A stretch of DNA of 64,000 nt from positions 29,450,001 through 29,514,000 of the forward strand of contig OZ116699.1 in NCBI GenBank assembly GCA_964199315.1, written 5' to 3'. The DNA is from Orbicella franksi (lineage: Eukaryota). This document shows, piece by piece, positions 61,401 to 64,000 of this stretch. Under the pieces are notes generated by a model, which searched no databases, was not told where the DNA came from, and worked only from the letters and a program-made list of their open reading frames with translations. The position numbers and the translations under genes were made by a program. Each line of letters opens with the position of its first letter. Position 1 is the first letter of the stretch.

Positions 61401-64000
61401 GTTTCATAATCTGAGAAAAACGACGGTGGGAATAAATTGTCGCATTATATTTCCACGATATAATGCCGGTCCGAAACTTTTGTCAATTGGCTTCAAATGA
61501 ATCTAATTTGAATGGAAAAAGTGATAACAGCCAATCTTGCACAAGCTTATAAGTTTAGGTGTTACTCACACGACTTTGCTCCATGTACAAAACATTTTTA
61601 AGGACAGAAGGGAACACGAAAACTTTTTGTGCTCCGTTAATTTAAGGGTCCCTTAACATTCGATTCCAAGAACACCTCTTTACTCCATGTATGATACAAG
61701 GTCAAGCGGTTTCAAGACCTTTCCTAAAATCCTCATGCATCAATCACAAAAGCTCTATCTGCTCTCCACTTCACACACTGTTTGATTGACGGTTCTCAGT
61801 TTGAGACAGGAAGGGCCTCGCCCCTATGTTCATCATCATCATCATCATTAGTCCTTATTGCCCCCAGTGTGGCATGTTAGGTTGTATTTTGATGGAATGG
61901 AAAGAACACTACTTTTCACACACGACCTCTTGTAAAGTTACCTCTTGTGCGCCTGGTTTTTCTCTTTCTTCTTCTTCGCCTTCGTCTCCTGCGTCGCCGT
62001 CTTCTACGTGTCCTTCTTCGCCTTCTTCGTCGATTGCGACGTCTTCGACGTCGTCGTCGTCTTCTTCGTCGCCTTCTCCTTTTCATACGCTTATACCAAC
62101 GCGGTCTTCTTCGAGTGCCTAAAAGCACAAATCGTTTTAGGTAATCAAGTCCATACAACGAGAAGATGAATTACTCACTAACAAGCCAGATAAAAAACTT
62201 CTTTTTGTCGCGGTAAACGCATTAAGGTAAGTTGCCTTAATGTATTCCCTGTCCCTACTTTTCCTATGGCAATATATCTTTGTAATGAACGACACTGTAT
62301 TTATACCTAATGGTACCTTTCTGGCACGCTTCGGTGGCATATTGGGCGAGTTTGGTCGAGCCATGACGAGATCACTCGAGCCTAATATGCCGCCGAAGCG
62401 AATCAATAAGGTACGATTAGGTATCTACCGTACCCATGATATCATGGCCATATCAGGTCAGTGACTTGATATCGCAGGTTATCAGGACAGTAGACACGGC
62501 TTCTGACTGGCTAACTGCAAATTTGGGTACGGTGAAACACAAGATCAACCCTCCATCGTTGTTGTTTTCAACGGAAGACGAAAGTATCAGCTCTATGGAA
62601 ACTGTTGGGCAGAGTCAGCGGACAAGTGAAACAGTTAGCTACTTATCAACTTGAAGTTAATTAAGGTCAATTAACCTCCGGTGAGAGTTTGTGAAACTGA
62701 CGTCTTCTCCAGCCCTTTAATTGATTTTATTCCTCTGTCCCACTAGCCTTTGACTATAAACACTGACCAAGGGTAAATCAAACATTATTTTTTAGCTTAT
62801 GGCATTATTTCCTAGTCAGGACGAGGAGGACGACTGAGCGAGTTCTTGGCTCTGACGCCCAAAACGTCAGCTCCGTAAACTCGCTATGGCGGCTAAATTT
62901 GAAAGCGGAAGCGTCACCGATTGTGTTTCACGATGCGCTTTACTCAAGCGGGCTTGTAGCACTTTCAAGGCAACCAAATGAGAGTTTGGAGGAGGACAAA
63001 ATCATAGGACATATTACTTTCCAGCAAAGGGCTAGAACATTTTGTTAATGCGTGACTACATGTTTAAACTACCACTCACGTCTTCTACGCCTTCTTTTAA
63101 CTCTCCTGACTCTCTTCCATCTCTTGTTTACTCTTATCCGATATCCTCTTCCCCTTCTTCCTCTTCTCACGCGGTATTTTCGTCGACCCACTCTTATGTA
63201 GCGCCTTCTGCGCTTCGTGATTCGTCTCCATTTCCTTCCTATTCGCATGCGCCAACGCCTTCCACGACACCTCACAACTCGTGTGACGCCTTTGAAACGG
63301 AATCGGAGTCTCCACCTCAGTCGCACCCATCGTCTTCTCCAACGAATATAGCGCCGTCCGCGGCGACGTACAACTCGAACAGGTTTTCGTCCTATCTTTA
63401 CATACCATTGTCTACGCCTTCGATAAATGGGTCTATATCGCTTGAACAGTTTGATCCTAAACCTGCGGCGTTTGAATCGGGGGATTGTTATTCGCTTTCT
63501 CTTGTATCGGATCGTATATCGTCGGCGAGATATTACACGACGGTAACGGCGGCGGAAGCGTAACTTAACAACTCGTTTTCCTGCAAAATATTTCAATAAT
63601 ATTTAACAATAACGCAAGCATTCAGTTTCCATACCAATTTATCTGCCAATTGGGTTAAGAAAAACTGGTGGTGGACAAGGGTGTCTTGCAATAGCTGGGT
63701 TACAGCTATATAGCGATGTCTCTTATCTAGTAGTGCGTTTACAACTCAACCTCATACAGGGAATTCTTAAATCCTTACGAGCTGTACGGTCTGAGTGTAT
63801 TTTGACATAAGCTTGAAATAAAAATTCATCTTCTTCCTTTCACTAAACCATTTCATACTCACGTCTTCTTCGTTGCTTCCTTTTTCGTCTTCTAATAATC
63901 CTTCTTCGTCGCCTTCGTCGCCTTCTCCTTCGTCGCCTCCTGCGTCTACGAAGTCGTCTCCTTCTTCTTCGCCGTCTACGGATCCTGGATCGCCGGCCAC
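85..64000 (-). CDS. Giant multi-exon arginine-rich (polycationic) modular protein gene with an internal ILEI/GG-lectin domain; 49 exons in window, truncated at both window edges
   Basis: Every Arg-rich ORF is bounded by pyrimidine-tract AG acceptors and GT donors. Phases match at all 48 internal junctions and each junction codon is a sense codon. Summed exon length is about 17,960 nt. No start codon, signal peptide or true stop was seen in the window. Confidence 0.92.
1016..1456 (-). CDS. E48 phase-2 repeat exon
   Basis: 441 nt, ATCAG|A ... AG|GTATGA. Confidence 0.88.
1838..2317 (-). CDS. E47 phase-2 repeat exon with PKPKPKPRP insert
   Basis: 480 nt, TGCAG|A ... CG|GTGAGA. Confidence 0.9.
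3317..3871 (-). CDS. E46 phase-2 repeat exon
   Basis: 555 nt, TTTCAAG|A ... AG|GTATAT. Confidence 0.85.
4571..4878 (-). mobile_element. tRNA-derived SINE, family A
   Basis: tRNA-like head with A/B boxes (GGTGGCCTCTCGGTTAG...GGTTCGAACC) and a TTGGGCAAGACACTTAACTCTCACAGTGCC core; homologous to 22542-22822. Confidence 0.8.
5245..5800. mobile_element. PIF/Harbinger-like non-autonomous element with MADF remnant
   Basis: Imperfect TIRs GGCCCGTTTACACAGGCGAT / ATCGCCTGTGTAATTAGGGC; + strand 5507-5626 reads QEELLVELWRKCPCLHQTNSNGYKKSDKSAAAMVEI (MADF-like). Confidence 0.6.
5968..6567 (-). CDS. E45 phase-2 repeat exon
   Basis: 600 nt, TGCAG|G ... AG|GTAAAT. Confidence 0.9.
7499..8065 (-). CDS. E44 phase-2 repeat exon
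   Basis: 567 nt, CCCCTATAAG|A ... AG|GTAAGG. Confidence 0.87.
8456..9043 (-). CDS. E43 phase-2 repeat exon
   Basis: 588 nt, ACCAG|G ... AG|GTTTGG (weak donor; an in-phase AT|GTGATA lies 9 nt further on). Confidence 0.82.
9312..9851 (-). CDS. E42 phase-2 repeat exon
   Basis: 540 nt, TTTAG|A ... AG|GTATGA. Confidence 0.88.
11292..11465. mobile_element. Palindromic MITE
   Basis: Imperfect IR arms ATATCGAGTTATGGATGCAC..TTTGGAGAGCA / TGCTCTCCAAAC..GTGCATACATAACACGATAT. Confidence 0.6.
11490..11625. mobile_element. Palindromic MITE end
   Basis: 23-bp perfect IR GGTCTGTATAGGAGAATCTTGAC (11509-11531) / 11583-11605; homolog at 33819-33958. Confidence 0.75.
11630..11900. mobile_element. MITE-like repeat with perfect internal hairpin
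   Basis: CCCGAGCGGGCAAGAT-GGCGCT-ATCTTGCCCGCTCGGG (16-bp stem). Confidence 0.55.
11976..12494 (-). CDS. E41 phase-2 repeat exon
   Basis: 519 nt, ACCAG|A ... AG|GTAAGA. Confidence 0.9.
13791..14267 (-). CDS. E40 phase-2 repeat exon
   Basis: 477 nt, CACAG|G ... AG|GTACTT. Confidence 0.87.
14910..15398 (-). CDS. E39 phase-2 repeat exon
   Basis: 489 nt, ACCAG|A ... AG|GTACGC. Confidence 0.88.
15993..16445 (-). CDS. E38 phase-2 repeat exon
   Basis: 453 nt, AACAG|A ... CG|GTAAGC. Confidence 0.9.
16679..16864. mobile_element. MITE with imperfect TIRs
   Basis: AACCATTTCCGAGTT ... AACTCAGAAGTGGTCTATT termini. Confidence 0.55.
17619..18113 (-). CDS. E37 phase-2 repeat exon
   Basis: 495 nt, ATCAG|G ... 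AG|GTAAAT. Confidence 0.88.
18609..19121 (-). CDS. E36 phase-2 repeat exon
   Basis: 513 nt, ACTAG|T ... AG|GTGAGA. Confidence 0.9.
19619..20170 (-). CDS. E35 phase-2 repeat exon
   Basis: 552 nt, TTCAG|G ... TA|GTAAGT; TA + T of E36 gives Tyr rather than a stop. Confidence 0.9.
20881..21372 (-). CDS. E34 phase-2 repeat exon
   Basis: 492 nt, TGTAG|A ... AG|GTAAGA. Confidence 0.9.
22542..22822 (-). mobile_element. tRNA-derived SINE, family A (internally deleted)
   Basis: Homologous to 4571-4878; (TTTACC)n tail; a 3' fragment of the same family lies near 10547-10595. Confidence 0.8.
24041..24499 (-). CDS. E33 phase-2 repeat exon
   Basis: 459 nt, TTTTCCAG|G ... AG|GTAATG (a weaker in-phase AG also exists at 24473). 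Confidence 0.87.
26018..26461 (-). CDS. E32 phase-2 repeat exon
   Basis: 444 nt, TCCAG|A ... AG|GTAAGA. Confidence 0.9.
26511..26770 (-). repeat. Dispersed repeat with internal tRNA-like segment, family C
   Basis: Homologous to 29944-30155 beyond the tRNA-like part. Confidence 0.72.
27017..27514 (-). CDS. E31 phase-2 repeat exon
   Basis: 498 nt, TTCTTAAAAG|G ... AG|GTAGGA. Confidence 0.87.
28792..29268 (-). CDS. E30 phase-2 repeat exon
   Basis: 477 nt, GTTAG|A ... AG|GTACGT. Confidence 0.88.
29944..30155 (-). repeat. Dispersed repeat with internal tRNA-like segment, family C
   Basis: GATAGCTCAGTTGGTAGAGC...GGTTCGAATCCC on the minus strand; flanks shared with 26511-26770. Confidence 0.72.
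31081..31590 (-). CDS. E29 phase-2 repeat exon
   Basis: 510 nt, ACTAG|G ... AG|GTAATA. Confidence 0.9.
31921..32394 (-). CDS. E28 half-module + poly-Arg + half-module exon
   Basis: 474 nt, TTTAG|A ... CG|GTAAGA, phase 2-2. Confidence 0.9.
33050..33305 (-). CDS. E27 phase-switch exon (poly-Arg + first half-module)
   Basis: 256 nt, AACAG|GA (phase 1) ... AG|GTGAGT (phase 2). Confidence 0.85.
33745..33958. mobile_element. Palindromic MITE end, same family as 11490-11625
   Basis: TCTGTATGGGAGAATCTTGACC / GGTCAAGATTCTCCCATACAGA IR; upstream GTCAGCTAGTACAAACCAGTTACATTAA shared with about 10992-11020. Confidence 0.72.
34008..34517 (-). CDS. E26 R/aromatic module exon
   Basis: 510 nt, ATAAG|GA ... 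G|GTAATG, phase 1-1. Confidence 0.88.
34850..35055. other. (TTGA)n-like microsatellite running into a 135-N assembly gap
   Basis: TGATTGATTGATTG... up to 34920; N at 34921-35055. Confidence 0.85.
35988..36497 (-). CDS. E25 R/aromatic module exon
   Basis: 510 nt, GGCAG|GT ... C|GTAAGT, phase 1-1. Confidence 0.9.
36922..36960 (-). CDS. E24 39-nt poly-Arg microexon
   Basis: TACAG|GC ... C|GTGAGT; RRRRRRKRRRRR. Confidence 0.82.
38661..38865 (+). mobile_element. tRNA-derived SINE, family B
   Basis: GCCGAGTGGTTAAGGCGCCGGACTTGAAATCCGG...GGTTTAAGTCCC head followed by a body shared with 41860-42033. Confidence 0.78.
39139..39171 (-). CDS. E23 33-nt microexon
   Basis: CTTAG|GG CTT TAT GGA AGA CGA GGA AGA AGG GCA AGG C|GTAAGT. 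Confidence 0.72.
40501..40977 (-). CDS. E22 R/aromatic module exon (near-identical to E20)
   Basis: 477 nt, TCTAG|GT ... C|GTGAGT. Confidence 0.9.
41335..41364 (-). CDS. E21 30-nt microexon
   Basis: TTCAG|GT CGA AGG TAT CGA AGA CGA CGT AGG CGA C|GTAAGT. Confidence 0.8.
41860..42033 (-). mobile_element. tRNA-derived SINE, family B
   Basis: Reverse-complement homolog of 38661-38865. Confidence 0.78.
42440..42916 (-). CDS. E20 R/aromatic module exon (near-identical to E22)
   Basis: 477 nt, TCCAG|GT ... C|GTGAGT. Confidence 0.9.
44029..44055 (-). CDS. E19 27-nt microexon
   Basis: CTCAG|GT CGA AGG CGT GGC AGA CGA GGA AAA C|GTAAGT. Confidence 0.78.
44313..44483. mobile_element. MITE with 45-bp perfect terminal inverted repeats
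   Basis: AGACCATATTCGTATTCTCGGTATTGGACTGGAACTAGCTTGCAA and its exact reverse complement. Confidence 0.85.
44526..44615 (-). CDS. E18 poly-Arg exon (28 consecutive Arg then Trp)
   Basis: 90 nt, TGTAG|GT ... C|GTAAGT. Confidence 0.85.
45041..45553 (-). CDS. E17 R/aromatic module exon
   Basis: 513 nt, CCTAG|GA ... G|GTGAGG, phase 1-1. Confidence 0.9.
45916..46029 (-). CDS. E16 poly-Arg linker exon
   Basis: 114 nt, TATAG|GA ... A|GTATGC, phase 1-1 (the internal AG at 46008 would be out of phase). Confidence 0.78.
46130..46935. repeat. 117-bp minisatellite, about 7 units, with a 328-bp higher-order duplication
   Basis: GTTCTAA(G/A)AA recurs at 46155, 46272, 46389, 46506, 46600, 46717, 46834 (one unit shortened to 94 bp). 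Confidence 0.9.
46963..47004 (-). CDS. E15 Arg-rich microexon
   Basis: 42 nt, CGTAG|TT ... G|GTAAGT; RLRRRRRRYRGRR. Confidence 0.8.
47656..48138 (-). CDS. E14 R/aromatic module exon
   Basis: 483 nt, GGCAG|GT ... G|GTACGA; its C-terminal part is clearly homologous to E12 (WRPxxCxIRRxVxYKxKRxWLKRRRGKW). Confidence 0.9.
48649..48696 (-). CDS. E13 Arg-rich microexon
   Basis: 48 nt, TTCAG|GT ... C|GTAAGT; RYRRKGRRRRRKFPR. Confidence 0.82.
48730..49070. repeat. Dispersed repeat, family D
   Basis: Shares GGCGAGTTT(A/G)GTCGAGCCATG, AAGGTACGATTAG and GATATCGCAGG..AGTAGACACGGCTTCTGACTGGCT with 62290-62600. Confidence 0.65.
49121..49594 (-). CDS. E12 R/aromatic module exon
   Basis: 474 nt, TGCAG|GT ... 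C|GTAAGT, phase 1-1. Confidence 0.9.
50377..50606 (-). CDS. E11 ILEI domain, part 3
   Basis: 230 nt, TGTAG|G ... G|GTGAGG (phase 2 in, phase 1 out); CIVVLAIQDEA...LSFRSSLAAIGYVG...GPS resembles the ILEI V-L-x-A-x-x-DEA and FR-x-S-x-A-x-IG motifs. Confidence 0.87.
51030..52085 (-). pseudogene. Degenerate Crypton/DUF3504-type tyrosine recombinase relic (intron between E10 and E11)
   Basis: Frameshifted fragments LAKFYAEV, ERQLKDQSYPVSI..LRQQGKGKGPN..LTPEEE..GQLG, TKTRSG, MGQNTI, FSNHSMRKTLV..SG..ICEIT resemble this family's motifs; ends approximate. Confidence 0.75.
52538..52628 (-). CDS. E10 ILEI domain, part 2
   Basis: 91 nt, AATAG|GG ... GG|GTAAGT (phase 1 in, phase 2 out); RVVQRRSFDTHGSRYQAKRFKRFIYRIRRG contains the FDT motif. 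Confidence 0.85.
52843..53110 (-). repeat. Three tandem copies (107-110 bp spacing) of the E9 3' end plus donor site
   Basis: Donors at 53060 (RGFNVIVIKRRTG|GTAAGG), 52950 (RGFNSIVINRRTG|GTAAGG) and 52843 (RGFDVCVIDRNTG|GTGAGC). Confidence 0.8.
53060..53215 (-). CDS. E9 ILEI/PANDER (GG-type lectin) domain, part 1
   Basis: 156 nt, TACAG|GA ... G|GTAAGG; YVRVRVESQGF...AYIRVNGRDYSLHRRGFNVIVIKRRTG resembles the ILEI N-terminal S-G-F...I-x-V-N-G...RGFNVVV-x-x-x-x-TG pattern. Confidence 0.85.
54496..54663 (-). CDS. E8 poly-Arg linker exon
   Basis: 168 nt, TGCAG|CG ... G|GTATGT, phase 1-1. Confidence 0.87.
55155..55297 (-). repeat. tRNA-like SINE-type repeat
   Basis: GTAGCTCAGTGGTTAGAGCG...GGTTCGAATCCC A/B boxes on the minus strand; single copy in window. 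Confidence 0.55.
55569..56072 (-). CDS. E7 R/aromatic module exon
   Basis: 504 nt, ATCAG|CT ... T|GTAAGT, phase 1-1. Confidence 0.9.
57343..57399 (-). CDS. E6 poly-Arg microexon
   Basis: 57 nt, TTCAG|CT ... C|GTAAGT; RRVRRRRRRRRRILRRRR. Confidence 0.82.
58256..58537 (-). CDS. E5 poly-Arg linker exon containing an assembly gap
   Basis: CACAG|CG ... C|GTACGT; Arg codons on both sides of 197 N (58298-58494); true length unknown. Confidence 0.75.
59010..59944 (-). mobile_element. Non-autonomous Kolobok-like DNA transposon with degenerate THAP domain
   Basis: TTAA on both sides (59006-59009, 59945-59948); about 27-bp TIRs AAGTCAAATGAACCAAAATTTAGACAT / ATGTCTAAGTTTTGGTTCATTTGACCT; RR...YY termini; internal FKFPQDP...WLIKMKRE...VCVKHF...DAVPTIF = THAP remnant. 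Confidence 0.75.
60784..61263 (-). CDS. E4 R/aromatic module exon
   Basis: 480 nt, GTTAG|GC ... G|GTAAGA, phase 1-1; WRRRGIRFKGRVRV...RGRYGRPKR. Confidence 0.9.
61942..62118 (-). CDS. E3 poly-Arg linker exon
   Basis: 177 nt, TTTAG|GC ... G|GTAACT, phase 1-1. Confidence 0.85.
62290..62600. repeat. Dispersed repeat, family D
   Basis: Homologous to 48730-49070. Confidence 0.65.
63080..63580 (-). CDS. E2 R/aromatic module exon
   Basis: 501 nt, GCAG|GA ... C|GTGAGT, phase 1-1; KRVVKLRFRRRYRRV...RWKRVRRVKRRRR. Confidence 0.9.
63863..64000 (-). CDS. E1 poly-Arg linker exon (5' end at or beyond window edge)
   Basis: Reads GRRSRIRRRRRRRRLRR...KQRRR; donor C|GTGAGT, phase 1. Confidence 0.85.

Noticed and set aside
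27-63563. Many + strand Ser/Pro-rich and Leu/Arg-rich ORFs (e.g. 8422-8883, 3404-3865, 63042-63563)
   Set aside because: They are antisense shadows of Arg codons (TCT/TCG/CCT, CTT/CGT). Splice signals are oriented for the minus strand and these frames are frequently interrupted by stops.

Overview
Eukaryotic, intron-rich DNA. The interspersed SINE/MITE families look like those of stony corals or anthozoans (my recollection, not verified). The whole window lies inside ONE minus-strand gene that is open at both ends. I traced by hand 49 GT-AG exons (E1-E49 in transcription order, 64000 down to 85) whose splice phases all join in frame with no stop codon: about 17,960 coding nt, about 5,990 codons. 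The product is a giant, extremely arginine-rich polycation. It alternates poly-Arg tracts with R/K + aromatic/aliphatic repeat modules (motifs like RYGRRWRxVxRRG). I saw only 3 Asp/Glu residues outside one embedded ILEI/PANDER (GG-type lectin, FAM3-like) domain, encoded by E9-E11. The N-terminal part (E1-E26) uses phase-1 introns, except one phase-2 intron inside the ILEI domain, with whole-module exons separated by Arg-rich linker exons or microexons. The C-terminal part (E28-E49) uses phase-2 exons that each carry half-module + poly-Arg + half-module. Introns contain tRNA-derived SINEs, palindromic MITEs, a Kolobok-like THAP element, a Crypton-like tyrosine-recombinase relic, a Harbinger-like MADF relic and a 117-bp minisatellite. 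There are two N gaps (34921-35055, 58298-58494). The many Ser-rich, Leu/Arg-rich and acidic ORFs in the track are shadow frames of these exons.
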